Notes: a model not told the origin generated them from the sequence alone. Shown: positions 46,510-60,559, counted from the whole stretch's first letter. The stretch: DNA of 63,844 bases, filler included, from 11 parts of 11 records of this genome joined end to end with filler, not necessarily neighbours in it, one strand, 5' to 3'. Program-made: numbers and translations.

Positions 46510-47714
46510 TTACCCGCGTCCAAGGGTCTGACCGCCACCACCCCAGTTGTAGCCGCCGGACCATGTTGTACGACCGGATTGTGCAGCGCCTGGGGCTGGT
46601 GTTCCGTACAATGAGTGTCTATGGGTGCAACAAGGCAGCCGCACGTCGGGATGAGTCAATCAATGAGGTCAGCATCGGGGTTGGGTCGGGTGTGTGTGTG
46701 ACGTGCGGGCAAACGGCGATCGCAGCGACTAGCCCAGAGAGGGCACACATAAGATAGACGGGTGGCGCAGCCAGAGTGTTGCAGGTATGCGAAAGACGGG
46801 TCGCACAGGAAGTTAGGAGTCCACAGCAGCGTGCGGTTGTACTGCGCCGGGACGATCTTGTCAACGAACACGTAAAAGTGCCCCGCTGCGATACCCATGA
46901 GATGTGGGACAGGCGACTGTCCCATCAGCATGGCCAGCCCAACGTATGCCCACGGCAAGTAGAAGGCCTTGAATTTGGCCAGGTTGAACACAAAGTTCAC
47001 CTCCTGGTCGGCGTTCTCCTTCGCCCACACGTACACGATCGAGAAAACCAGCCCCATCCCCAGGAACGGCATGCCCATGAACGCGCCCATCACCAGCAGC
47101 GCAGCACCGCTAACGATCAGCATCACCAAGAAATCTGCCGGGGTGCTGTAGCTGTTGGACTCCAGCTGCGTGCAGTGCTGTTTCCTGTTGCGCGGTGCCC
47201 CGGCAGCGTCATCAGGATGCTGGCCCGCGTTGGTGTGGCAGCTGGCGGGTCTCTCGCAGGCGCGCGCGCGTCACGAGTGTGGGAGCTCACAGGATCATCA
47301 TGTGCATCAGAAAGCCGAAGCCGAGCGGACCGAGGAAGAAGAAGTTGGTTACCATGCGCCAGATCTGTACAGGGCCCAGCCCTCGGTCGTGAGGTCGCGT
47401 CGGCCAAGCCATTAGCATTTGCACGCGGAGCGCGCGTTGGTGGCGGGACCTACTTGAAACTTGAGAACCTTCTCAGGATCAAAGTACAGCAGATCCATGG
47501 GCGCCAGACCAAAGTTACCGGTTAGCGTCACGACCAGCATCAGCAGCATAAGCCAGCGGGTATTCACCGGCACTGCGCAACCAGCACCAGCACACGCGCG
47601 CGCGAAGAGCACGTGGTTTCAGGTCAGAGGTCGGTGTCGGGAGTGTGAGTCTCAAGTGAGCAGCGGAAGCGGTGGGCGGCGCGTACTCTCGTTAAACGCA
47701 TCGTTCAGCGACAT
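46510..47714 (-). CDS. Derlin (ERAD rhomboid pseudoprotease), multi-exon
   Basis: PVNTRW, YVWAKEN, KAFYLPWAY, LMGIAAGHFYVF..P..TPNFL, and a C-terminal SHP-like NWGGGGQTLGRG*. Confidence 0.9.
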
Positions 47715-47920
47715 CGCACAGCTGTTGCGCTTGCTGGTGCTCTCGCTGTGCACACTTGCTCTACTCTACCACTTGCTCTGGTCCCGTCTGCTGCTCCCAG
47801 CTTGCTGCAAAATGAGGCAGGCAGCCAACCACACAGCTCGCTCTGAGTTCGAAACCGTCGAAATCATATGGTGCCTCGCGACGGGATCGGTGATGGATTT
47901 TTCATTCTAGCGCTAGCGAA

Positions 47921-47956
47921 GACGCGTGCCGTGCTTGCGACGCGTGCCGTGCTTGC
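47921..47956. repeat. 18-bp perfect tandem duplication in the divergent derlin/NPRL2 intergenic region
   Basis: GACGCGTGCCGTGCTTGC at 47921 and 47939. Confidence 0.85.
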
Positions 47957-48035
47957 CCCAAACGTGGAGGTGGGGATCCTGGTGGTGCCGACGAGCTCCT
48001 GCGCGCAGCAACAAAGCCGTTGTCTCGTAGCGCTG

Positions 48036-49989
48036 ATGGACTGCGTGTTCTACAGCGAGTTCGACAACGAGGCGGGCCCAGTGCTCCGCTACCAGGCGCC
48101 GCGCGGGTGCGGGACCGCGCCCTTCGCCCTGCGCACCCGCTGTGAGCTGACGCGAGATGCCCGCAATCCGCACGCAGGTTCATCACCCCAGACCAGTTTG
48201 ACAGCATCTCGCAGTACCTCATCACGAAGCAGCGGTTCTGTGGCCGCCTCATCACTCTGTGCGCGGCCCATCCCCACCCACGCGGCTGGCTGGATGACGC
48301 AGCCGCTACTATCTATCTGTCCACCAGCACCTGTCCCACTGGCGTCCTTGACTGGACACAGATTGAACCCGGTGAGCGTACCTTGTGGCTGCATCAGGAC
48401 AGCTTTTGGGCGTAGAATTATGGGCTTTCCTGTCTGCATCGAGGACCCAAAATACGGTCGCAATGCGCTGATATTCAACGCAGGCGTGGTGCTGACACCT
48501 CGCTCGGAGCACACAAGCGACCCAGAAGATTTTGGGCCAGTTGTCATAAAGCTAGCGAGCATCCTGCATACGCTCGAGGTGACCCATCGCACACCCAGTC
48601 GTTATGTTTTGGTTCTAAGCACGTCGCGGCTGCTCACACATACGCGCTCGTGTCTTGGCCAGTGCGAGTCAGGTACGCTGTCAGATACGGACAAGAAAAG
48701 TCAGCTTGAGCGGATTCTCCACACAATTCACGCTGAAATCAATCTTCACGGACACTGCGCGGTGCCCGTTGGTGCGTGTGCACACGGACCAACCGGTGCC
48801 CGTTCAACCCACCTCTCTTGCCCATACTACCAGCTTCCGGTTGGGCAACATGGAGCCCAGGTGGTGGGTGATGCTTGCATGTGTTGTTGTCTGACGTGGC
48901 AGATGACATCAACACCATACACCTACAAATTAGTGTCGCGGCAGATGCGTTGCCGCCTGCCGACGTCCGTCAGGTGCCCGTAGTGGTGGCAGAGGCAGCT
49001 GACATCCCCTGCAGTTTTGATTTCCCTGGCGGTGGTAGGGTGTCCAATCGAGCACACGACCTTGATCTTACACTGAGAAAGGTCCGCAGACTTTCGTTTG
49101 TGATAGCCACCACGAGATCTGGTGCTGCTCACTGCAACGTCGCATGATAAATTGCGAATCTGGTCAGCTGATCCGGTCACTGCTTTGCAAAATGCGCCGG
49201 TATCCCGGCGCGTCGTAGATTTGGCGACATATCGATGGTGTCCGCTCTATCGAAAGCATTGCGCAACCTGATGCTGCCGACGTTGACGTCGAGTTGGTGC
49301 GAGGTTGCGTCCAGCATCTAGTGTGAGTATCAGTCTCCTCTCGCAGCAGCGTAACCATGTCCTGCGATATTCTGTGACGCTATAGCATACCAGACCCCTG
49401 CCTGCCAAACATCAGGTTCTGCCTCGCTGACCTTAGCTCTACTGACTGCCAAATGCAGAGCTCGGGGGATAGTTCGTCTGACCGACGTGTTTCAGGTCTG
49501 ATTTCGTCCCAGCTTGCATGATTGTCCAGTTACGCAACGCTCGCACTGCATTTGCTGCTGGCGTGCACTCACCTGTGGTTTTCGTGTTTTGGATTGCATC
49601 AGTTCTCCAACGTCTACACACCCGCTCCAGGAATGAGACATTTCGCAATCGATCCCACAATGCAATTGAACTGCGCCCGATTCGTCAGCACCGCCCCTGA
49701 TCTGGCTACAGGTGATCGACTTTTAAGGCTGTACAGCGGCATGTCAGCAGGTTTGCAATCCGTGATGCCTCTCTTTGTGCCGCTGTTCTTAGCACACTGC
49801 CTGGCTTAACAAAATATGCGGCTGACTGATTACGCAGGCATCAATGTGGCAGAATTTTGTGTCCGCAATCGTAGAGAGATACAAGCACTGGGTATCGACG
49901 TACGGAGGCTGGTGGCTTTTGGTACTTTGAACCGGTTCATTCTTCTCAGAACCGGTTCATTCTGGGCTTCTGGGCAGAATGACTTCTGA
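48036..49989 (+). CDS. NPRL2: Nitrogen permease regulator 2-like (GATOR1 subunit), multi-exon
   Basis: MDCVFYSEFDNEAGPVLRYQAP, IMGFPVCIEDPKYGRNALIFN, DLTLRK, FSNVYTP and IDVRRLVAFG. Confidence 0.88.
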
Positions 49990-50485
49990 AAACCAGATGA
50001 TCGAAGGCCGGCCGCACTAAGTCACCGTTAGTGTACGATATGTCACCAAGGGTGCGGCAAGCACCGCCCGCACTCAAGGACGATGGGCCCTCTCCGAACG
50101 CGTGGGCCCATTAGATCTGTACCAACGACAACACGCGACGTGATTTTAATCATTAGTTGTGAGGTGCACCTGGCCTCCTGTACACTGCGATGGGCGACCC
50201 TCTCGTTATGGTGGCATGGGATTTCGTCAGAGGCGCATAGCAACGCGACTGCTGTGGTCGTACAAGACTACAGTCCAACTCCGGCACAGTCACCACAGTG
50301 ATCTGCATTGAGTCTACTGGGTCCAGTGCTGTACTGGACTCATTCTTGGCCCGTCGTCGATGAGTTACGGCGCACCGGTACGTACTACTGATGGTGGCTA
50401 GCCGACTGTATACCAACTGGTGCAAGTGTGTGAAAAAATGACACCCGTTTCATTACCAGTGATTCTTTCTTCAGGCCCAACTGTA

Positions 50486-52201
50486 CTAATTGTAGACCAT
50501 GTACTTCGGAGTCGCGCTGAACTTCGCGTATCCTTTAATCACCTTGTTCACGGCATCGAGGAAATCCTTTTCACTGATCGTCTTTCGTCGCGCTCGAATA
50601 GCGAACATCCCAGCCTCGGTGCATACGCTGCGAATATCTGCGCCGGTGTTGTTTGGGCACAGCCGTGCCAGCAGCTCGAAGCGAATATCTCGCTCACAGT
50701 TCATCGTGCGTGAGTGAATGGTGAAGATCCTGGTCCTCCCCTCCAGGTCAGGCAAACCAAACTCGATCTTACGATCGAGGCGACCGGGCCGAATCAGGGC
50801 CGGGTCAAGAGTGTCCGGCCTATTAGTCGCCATGAGAACCTTGATGTTGCCCCGCGCGTCAAACCCATCCAACTGGTTGACCATCTCAAGCATAGTGCGC
50901 TGCACCTCATTGTCTCCGCCGGCGCCATCATCGAACCGAGCTCCGCCGATCGCGTCAACCTCGTCGAAGAAGATGATGCACCTGCGCATGTGCCCGCGAC
51001 GTGCCAAGCACCGAGATTGTGATATCAGGCAATCTTGTTGCTCGGAATGGTAGACTGTAGCAGGTGAAGGGTGGATGACGCAGCTGCAAGTAGGGTTGAG
51101 ACAAGCTAGGACAAAGAGAGCGGCGCAAAACGGGTTGATCCGGAGCGCTCACGCTTTTTTGGAACGCGCCATCTGGAAAAGCTCTCGGACCATACGGGCA
51201 CCCTCTCCGACATACTTTTGCACCAGCTCGCTGCCGATTACGCGGATAAAGCATGCATCGGTGCGATTGGCCACGGCTCGAGCCAGCAGCGTCTTCCCTG
51301 TGCCAGGCGGCCCGTACAGCAGCACGCCTTTTGGCGGATCGATGCCCAATGCCACGAACCGCTCCTGCACGCGCCGCGCTACCTCAGTAAGTCCACGCAA
51401 TCGCGCACGCACCTAGGTCTGCAAGTCAGGGTGCGCACCGGATGCAGCATCGGAAGCTCTACTACCTCCCGCATTTTCTCGATTTGCTCCTTGTTGCCGC
51501 CGACTTCGTTGTACGTCACGTCCGGCTTCTCCTCAACCGTCATCATCGTCACTGTGGGATCGATCTTCGGGGGCAGCGGGATCTGGATCTGGTGCTTGGT
51601 GCGATCGGTGCCGACACGCATACCCTCCTCGATGTCCGACGGAGCTACCTTGTCGCCCAATGCGACCACGAATTTGGCAATCTGCAGGAGAGAGCCAGTG
51701 TTTCAATTCAAACGGGCGGGCGGATTTGGTGACACGCGGCGTCGAGGCTGGCGGGGCACACCTGTTTGATGTTGATGACATACTTCGCATCTTCGGTTCC
51801 GGGATTGATGATTTTGGTGCAGCGCGCGACCTGCAGGGCCTGCTCCTCCTGCATCATTTGCTTGTCGGCCGCCAGGTCCCACAAGCTGGGCGGCCCCAGC
51901 CCAGTATCAGACTCCTTGATCCCCGCGAGCTCCTTCACTTTCTTGGTGGCAGCCTTGATGTCGTCCTCTGCCTTCTTGATGTCCTTGGTGTACGGCCCAA
52001 CGCCCTGTCCAGCACACGCATCGACGCAGAGCACTCGGCGTGAGGCAGATCGCGGGGGATGGACAAGCCCGTAGCCGCTGGCGAACCACACAACGAGCCG
52101 AAATTTGCTGGGCGTACGTAAGATTTGAGGAGAGCAATGTCGCCGGCATCCAGCGCCTGGACGGGCTTCTCTTCGGCCTCAGGGTCATCGGCGTCCGGCA
52201 T
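50486..52201 (-). CDS. RPT1: 26S proteasome regulatory ATPase subunit 7, multi-exon
   Basis: [54 protein letters not shown] and [11 protein letters not shown]. Confidence 0.97.
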
Positions 52202-52414
52202 CGGTAGGGTGCCCTAACTCCCCCCCCCCCCCCCCCCCCCCCCCCCNNNNNNNNNNNNNNNNNNNNNNNNNNNNNNNNNNNNNNNNNNNNTTAATTAATT
52301 AANNNNNNNNNNNNNNNNNNNNNNNNNNNNNNNNNNNNNNNNNNNNACGGGACGGAGTGCAGCCGGCTGAAGTGCATCTACACCGCCTTTTTACAAAGTA
52401 ATCCGCTGGCCAGG

Positions 52415-55400
52415 ATGCAGGCCATCGAAACAGATTGCAGCGGCAAGGCGGAGATGGAGCGTACATTGAATGCATGTGGATACTGCCTGGAACCTTTGGA
52501 TCCAGCATATGCAGACTTGTGTCAGTTGCCAGACTGTGACGACACAGTCATGGGCTCGAAGACTCTCGACAGTTGTGGAGCGTGCAACGACGTCGACGAT
52601 GCTGCGAGGGACACTTCTTGCGTCGACTGCGGCGGCGCGCCGAACGGTCCGTACATGGCTGACGAATGTCTCAGCTGCCTGCACCCGTCGGACCCTTTGG
52701 TGAATTCAGTATGCAAAGACTGTAATGGGCTGCCGAATGGCGATAGCAACGAAGATCAATGCGGACACTGTATGTCACAGAGTGATGCAGCCTACGGCGC
52801 GGCCTGCAGAGACTGTGCCGGCGCATTCCCTGTAACCAGCAGCCTGGACTCGTGCGGGGATTGCTTGATACTATCGTCACCCACGCGTGGGTCCGGCTGC
52901 TTGGACTGCCGAGGGCTTCACCGCTCCAGCCCAGACTCTGGCGCTCGGATTGATGCTTGTGGTGTCTGTGGCCGCGAGGACGAGCCACAGTTCGACGGCA
53001 CCTGCAAAGACTGTCTTGGTCTGCCAAACGGAGATGCTGCGCCAGATGCATGTGGCACATGCAGGCCCGCCGCTGACCCTCAGCGCATTAGCGAGAAGCA
53101 CGCAACCCTGGCAGTGGCAAGCTCGACCAGCAGTTCTGCAGTAGAGCTACTTGCTCGTAGTAGCACTTCTCAACAAGGGACCGCAACACAAAAGGCGATG
53201 AAGATGACCATGCTGCCTGGCATGCCAGCTCCGACCGTGGCTATAACTAGTGGTCCTACTGCACTCGCCGACATCACATTTTTGGATGGAATTAGCCCGA
53301 CTCTGTCTGTGACGGGTAGCATGCAAGTAGGTTACACGGTAGATGCTTGCGGTATGGTGTCCATCAGCCTAATGATGTGCAATGGCGGTTGCATCCCCAT
53401 ATCAGAATGCAGCCAGGATGGCGATGTCACCGAGCGCTTGCTGTCGAGACTTCCGACACGCCTTCGGGTGGCTGCGGATTCGACGACTGAGCCAGAGCTC
53501 AACTTACGTTGTGGTGCGGACAAAGATTGCGTGTTCCGTGTGATGGGCGATAGGAACAGGATGGCTTCGTTTTCGTTGGGTGCGTCGGACGTAGCTGGCG
53601 ATCACAGGTTTGAATTCGCTGAAAACGGCGCGCGGAACTCGCTACAACTAGGCGCTGGGCGTCGTTCCGAAGGTGTTTCACACGCATTGTCGCCGGTTGT
53701 CAGCCCAGAGCAGGCTTTGCGGGACGACACAGAATTATTCATGGAAATCCTCCCTATACGCAACACGGGGACCGCTGTCGACGACAGGGATCGCACCTGC
53801 ATAGCTAAAGATCCGACAGTTGCTCTTGATACTGTTGACGTCGCAGACAGCTGCACGTCAGTTGCCGTGATCGATGGCGCCGTGACGACCACTGACACGA
53901 CCAACTGCGTTTTGACTCCAACTGTTGACTTCGGTATTACGCCTGGTTCGTGCGCCGATGCTGACTCCGCGACGGCGACCTGTGAATATGTACCAGGGAT
54001 ATTCTCAGCGAGCGCGTACACGTGCAGCACGCCAGCCAATGGTGCAACTGAGTGCCCTGACAACGCAGATCACTGTGTGTTCACCGCCGATCTAAATGGT
54101 GGGACGCAGGGCAGCTGCGCCCTGACACCTCAGGCAGACTGCACAGGCGCTCTACACATTGACACAGATGGGACAGAATGTGCTAGGCTGAAGTGCACCT
54201 ATGATGAGTGGTACCACGAAGGCCAGCTGCATTTCACTGGCCACTCGAGTATTCATGGTGGACTACTAAGCATACTCTCGTCTGATGTCTCGAAGCTTGC
54301 TGTGGAAGCTGACACTAGATCTGGTGCAGAGTCCTACTATGGAATCACGGGAGATGCTCGGGCTGTGATTGAAGTAGAAGAGGATGGAGATGCTTTGGTG
54401 ATGCTGAAGGATGGGCAGGAGGGAGGCGCACTCGAGTGGGCTAATCCGTTTTATAAGAGCAATCAGTACTTGGAGGATTACGGAATCGTCAAGAGAAGAC
54501 TCACTGGCATTACAAGCAGCAAAGCTGCTAGAAGCTGTACCGCCAAGGCCTCTGCTGTAGTCGCATGTTCGCAACCTGCTGACGGGGAAACGGTCTGCCC
54601 TGATAACACCGAGCACTGTGTTTTCACCGCAGGCAGCGGCTCGCAGGGTAGCTGCGCGCTGACATCTCAGGCAGGCTGCACGGCTGCTTTGGATATTGAC
54701 ACTGACGGAACACGCTGCCGAGAGCTCAAATGCACGTACGATGACTGGTATTTTGATTATTACAAACAAGCGTGCCTTGATGAACCGACCTTTGGCAACT
54801 GCGGTCAGGCATCAGCTAGCAGCGAAAATGGAATTACTACAGGCGCTGAGTTCGCGTTCAGTTCTGATCCAGACACTACATGGGAAAACGACAACGCTCC
54901 CGGCGCTTACCCTAACTCATGGCTCACCTACAACCTTGGAGAAGTGCGGCCGATCGTCATGTACAGTCTAGCCACGACCGATATTGACTGTCCAAGGGAT
55001 TTCACTTTCGAAGGCGGGGACAGCGACAGTGGGCCGTGGACTGTACTAGATACCCAAACCAATCAAGCTTGTGACGAAGTGGCCGAGCGCAGCTGCACAG
55101 CGAAAGATTCCGTTGCGTGCAGCGCGCCGGCTAATGGTGCACTTGAGTGCCCTGACAATACGGAACACTGTGTGTTCACCGCCGATCCTGACGGCGGTAC
55201 GCAAGGTAGCTGCGCCCTGACACCTCAGGCAGACTGTGTGGCTGCTTTAGCTGCTGATTCCGACGGAACGGAGTGCGCCCGGCTGAAGTGCGCTTACGCC
55301 ACTCCGCGTATGTATGAGGTGCCAACACGACTCTGCACAGCGAAGGATCCTGGCACATACACTTGTGGCCAACCCGCAGACGGCGCAACTGTCTGCCCGG

Positions 55401-55526
55401 ACAATTCTGAGCACTGCGTGTTTGTTCCAGATTCTTCCACGCCAGTTGCGGCGACTAATGGCGCCGGCTCTTCGGACGCCAGTGCTCCTGCAAACTCCAA
55501 TGGCCTTGGTGAATCTACACTTACCA
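52415..55526 (+). CDS. Large Cys-rich repeat surface protein with discoidin (F5/8)-like domain (partial at both ends)
   Basis: Repeats D-x-C-G-x-C..DCxGxPNG in the first ~220 aa; three and a half ~60-aa Cys repeats; F5/8-like AFSSDPDTTW..WLTYNLG..PRDFTFEG..WTVLD. Confidence 0.75.
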
Positions 55527-55803
55527 NNNNNNNNNNNNNNNNNNNNNNNNNNNNNNNNNNNNNNNNNNNNTTAATTAATTAANNNNNNNNNNNNNNNNNN
55601 NNNNNNNNNNNNNNNNNNNNNNNNNNTTTGAGCGCCGGTACTAATTCAAAATGAATCTTCATCTCAGAACCCGGACTTTCCCTACTAGATCTATCGATAG
55701 TACATGTAACATGACCCATGAGTCCCTCGCGCGCGGGGATCGCGAGCTTAGGTGCGCCCTCGCGCTTCTGCGGGCTGCGTGTCGACACAGTATGGTGGTC
55801 CGG

Positions 55804-58800
55804 ATGCGCGCAGTGTGGCCCGCGGTGTCGCTGCTGCTGGGGGTGGCGGGCGTGGGCGCGCAGGTTGATATCAACGGCTTTACGCCGCCGGTCGTGGGCA
55901 GGTGCATCAGTGGCCACAACCAGGGCGGCAGCTGTGAGTGTCTTTCTGTTTCCATGAGGTCTGAAGGAGGGGGAGGGAAAGAGCGAGCAACAACCATGTG
56001 CGATGTACGCTAACCTTGGGTGCCTTTTGACAGACGGCGATGGCAGCAACCTCGACCTGCCTGCATGCCAACAGCTGTGCCTGGACGATCCGCAGTGCGT
56101 GTCTTTCGACTACATCCCGCCCCCGAGGAACCAGGCCAACTGCTTCATCTCGTACGATCGCAACTCCGACCCCGGCCTTGAGATCAGTGGTGACGCTGCG
56201 TGCCAGTACTTCGAGCCGCTGTTCCCGTACGGCCAGCGGACTGGCACAGGTGACTGCGAGGCACGCGACTTGACGCGCTTCCCCGGCTACTCCGTGGCCG
56301 CGACCCACACGCAGACGAACTACGATGCGGCGTTCGTGGTTGACAGAGACCCGAGCACCAGCTGGGCGTATGGCGGCTGCGACCAGGCAGCCGGAGCTTG
56401 TGCCAGGGGCTCAGACTGCGCTTGCCCCGTCATGTCGGATCGCAGCTCGTATCCCAAGATCGCAGTCCTCTTGGAGAGTACCGAAGTGCTCGACAACGTG
56501 ATCTTCAACAGTGGATTCGCGGGCGCTCATGGTTACCACCTCACTGGCGGATCAATCTGGTACACCATGGACTCACCGGCAACGCTGGATTCTACGTGGT
56601 TGCCCGTCGGCGGCCTTGAGTTCGGCGAACCCGTTGACGCTGCCGACGTCTCTTCCAACAGCTTTCGCACACCCTCGCATCCCGACGGTCCGTTTGACAT
56701 TTCGCTCCGCTTCAGTCCTATCCGTGCGACGGGACTTATGCTGGACATCTTCGAGACGGACGCTGCCAACAACAACGTCATCTTGAGCGAGGTCAGCATT
56801 CTCACCGCATGCGCGGGCCCACCGCCAGAGTCCGTGCAAGAAGGATCTGAGTGGTTTCTTGTCGCCGAAGAGGCAGTTGGCGACGGCGGCAACGATGCTC
56901 TGCGTAAACTGGAGATCGACGTGCCCGACTTCTACAGGGTGAGAATGGAGTGGGGAAGTGCGGATGACTTCGTTGAGTTCGACGTGCCGAGGGGCACATC
57001 GATCTTTGGCGACTACGTCGACCCGTCAATCCCGCTCACCAATATCGACACAAACCAAGCGATGCTACAGGATGGAGCAGTCTTCTGCAAAATGTGCTCG
57101 AGCTCGTCTGCTCAACAATACGGGGACACTTGCTGGGCAGTGCTGCCAGTCGGCGAGGAAAACCGTGACTGTGGCTGCAATTCTGGTGGTTGGGCAGGCC
57201 ATGGAATCTACTACGGCGGCTTTGACCAGTGCAACACCTGTGGGTGCCGCAGTCCAAACGCTTTCACTGGCCCTACAGACAACGGCCAGGCAAAAGGTGG
57301 AGTGCCGAGTGCAGGTCTTCGGATCTATGTCAAGGCAGAGCAGGAGTGGGCTTTGGAAGATCTAGGTGCCGTCATTATGGACACTACCTCGGACCTGTCG
57401 CAGGAGGCTCCCCAATGTGTTGGTAACTTGCACAATCTGATGAACCCAACTCCAATCCACACGTGTGAAGGCGAGTGCGTGGAGGATTGCCAAGGTGACA
57501 CTCGGTTTATGTTCGGCACAAATGATCCGGACCAGACAATTCTCGTGGACCTTGGACAGGAGCGATATGTCAACCGAATAGGTGCAGAATACTCCATCAC
57601 GGATCGCGAGGTGTGGGAAGTTGTAAGTTTTGAAGTCTCAATAGATAACCAAGACTGGTATACTTTCGGGTCCGTAGGGAACGATGACGACCAGCCTGAT
57701 ATCGTCGACGCCGAAGCGTGGGTCTCGGCTGGAGAACCGATTAAGACTCGCTACGTCAAGTTCCATTTCGGTGGGCATTCGGCAGACTGGGGTGGAGCGG
57801 GCAGCGGCATTTTCCGACTTCATGTCCAGCAGGTTGGCGGGGTGCCCGAGGAGCATCCATGGCCACAGCCCCTCGTGGCTGTTGACATCGACGACACCGG
57901 TGCGATCCTCGTCAGTGGCTCTTCAGGGGTTGAAGGTGTCGTGCACGGCACACCCAGCATTGTGCAAGGCCCAAGCGGTGAGCTGGACGCAGTGCAGTTC
58001 GGTATCGGCAGTTTTGTGCAAATGGGCACGGAGGGAGTGGACACAGACGAGACTTGGACTATTGACTGCTACATCCAAATGGACCCAGATGTAGACCCTT
58101 CGTTTTGGGGAACGCTAACGCGCGGCCATGACGGTGACCATCAGATCATCGAGCAGAACGGAGGGACGGAGCTCGGTGGGTATGAAAATGTCGACGGCCG
58201 CGGCTTCGTCGGCAGCGGCTTCGATATGGCGACATTGGGAACGTCGTGGCATCGGCTGACTGCTGCAGCCCAGTGTGTCGATGATGCGTGCGCACAACGC
58301 GTGCTGGTTTTCTACATTGACGGTGAGGAAGTTGCTCGCACGGATTACCACAGTGAAAGCGACTTTTTCGCCATCGGCAACTACCAGGACGGACAGCAGC
58401 CGTGGCGTGGGCCTATTCATCACTTCCGCATTTACGATGAAGCCTTTTCTCCCGCTGACCTCCAGGGGACAGATGATCCTGATTCTACGGTTCTAAATGT
58501 TCCCCAATATACCGTCGCAACTTTGTCAACCACAGAAAGGCCGATGGGAGTGACTGAGACGCGCCGCTCCTGCTCCAATGCGTTCGCAGATCAGCAGAGC
58601 AACACAGATCCAGTCACGTTCTGTGCGCAGCTGTGCTATGAAGACGAAGACTGCAACTTCTTCAGTGCCTACCCAGTCACATTCCGCCACCCGGGCCGTT
58701 GCTGCTTCTACGGCTCGTCAGATCCGAATTCCGCTACTGAGGCTACGTCTGGCGGCTTCTATTCTATTTCGCGTCCTATCGCGCACGGCTCTGGCGGAGG

Positions 58801-60559
58801 TGGATGGGCCGACGTCATGGCGCACATCGCCGCTGAAGGCTGCAGCTGGGACGACTTTTCTGCTCGTCTAGAAGCCGTAGACGCAGCGTGTTGCTCGGGT
58901 GACGCAAGCTGCCCAACAGGGATACCGACAGAGTGCGACTTCTTCTGCGCGGAGAAATATATTCCTCTGTACGATCGCTGCCATGACCTGCTAGTTGAAA
59001 TGGTGGGTGACCAGCTGCCAGAATTTGACGGACTGGTCGACACGTGCCTGGCCGGTGATGCGGACACGATCCAGGACGTATTCAATGAGCTGAGGAATCA
59101 TGACCACTGCATCTATGACAGTTCTTTTGTAGATGATCGTGACGTCAGCTCAAGTCCGCCACCTCCCGGTGGTGGTCACCGCCGGCACAGGCGCCGCCGT
59201 GTTCAGTTCGGCGGATTCGGAGGCCATTCTGCGGGCAACTCACGTTGCCCACTTCGAGGCTTCGATGACCGTGCAACCCTTGTGGACTCAGCTTGCCAAA
59301 TGGGACAAGGTCTTGGGATGCCAACTTCTTGCAGCACGGCCTGTGCCCTCGAGCTGAAACCGTTCTGGGATGACTGCCATGACCTGATCGAGCGCTTCCT
59401 GGATGACGAAATCGACGAGTTCGATGCGCTGCACGCCGAGTGTGCTGACAAAGGGGTTCGCGCGGTGCTGTATATGGTGGAGAGTCTGGACTGCGATGCA
59501 ACCCCTTACCATCTCACTAGCGGCGGGCGCACGGACTCCGTCATTGCTGATTACCCTGCGAACAATGGAGAGACGAACACGGTGCAATCCTGCGCCGATA
59601 TGTGTGACGATACCGACGGATGTGTTTCCTTTGCGCTCCCCGCAGATGGAGACACTAAGCAGTGCCAGATCCTGAGCGAGCCGCCGACCAGTATAAACGA
59701 CCCCGCTTGGGAAGTCTTCTCGATCCTCCCGACCGTCCCCGATGAGGGCGGGCTGTACGTGCTTGTTGACAGCCCACTGACATGGGACGACGCCCGTGCC
59801 TTCTGCACCGACCGCTATTATGACCTGGCCAGTGTTCACACCGAGGCACAGGCAGCGGCCACTCAGGAGCTCTGCCTTCGATCACGCATTGGCGGGGGCT
59901 GTAAGGTTGGGCTGCATGACGACACCCGCGCTGATACCATGCTTGACTTGAGCGGAGGAACAGGCGGCCACACGGGCGAGACAGTATATACCGTTGACAG
60001 TGCGGGAATGACGCTCACTTCCTCCAACCCTGTGTATTCCAATCAGGACTACTACTACATGGGATACATGTTTGATAATGAGTTCGACAGCCGGGACTCG
60101 CACCGCGATTACTGGCTTGGCGCAGCGAGTGTGGACACTGAGTTTACGTTCGACTTCGAGCCGGCCGTTGACCTCACCCGAATCAGACTCGCGCCGAAAT
60201 GCCGTTCTGACTCGGTTGCTCCTGACTTTCAGGTGACGGCGGTGAGCGACGAAGGCCCGAGGACGATTTCGAATCGCATCCACCAGCCGGATACGGCCGT
60301 CGGAGTGTTTTACGAGTTCCCCATCAACATGGAGGTGACGCAACTTACACTCTTCATCTCCCTGGCAGGGGGAGGAAACTACATCACTTTCAATGAGATC
60401 CAACTGTTCCAGGCAGACGCAGAGGCGGCGGCGCAGGGGAAGCCAGAGCGTCCGGAAGCCTGGTCAGACAGGACGCCGACAAATGTGCCGTTCGATCGCA
60501 GCGCGCTGCCGCGCGATGACACGCCATCGCCGTTCATATGCGAGAAGCATGTGCCATAG
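55804..60559 (+). CDS. Secreted multidomain lectin-like protein (PAN/apple, discoidin, LamG, C-type lectin); intron 55934-56033
   Basis: Signal peptide MRAVWPAVSLLLGVAGVGA; PAN motifs CQQLCLDDPQCVSFDY and CAQLCYEDEDCNFF; LamG WHRL..FYIDG..WRGPIHHFRIYD; CTLD TWDDARAFC..LASVH..PFICE. Confidence 0.8.

Noticed and set aside
46510-52201. Fragmented ORFs suggesting pseudogenes or frameshifts
   Set aside because: Breaks coincide with GT..AG introns and conserved motifs continue across them.
46510-52201. Derlin, NPRL2 and RPT1 as a proteostasis operon
   Set aside because: Mixed strands and ordinary housekeeping genes in a compact eukaryotic genome; no evidence of co-regulation.
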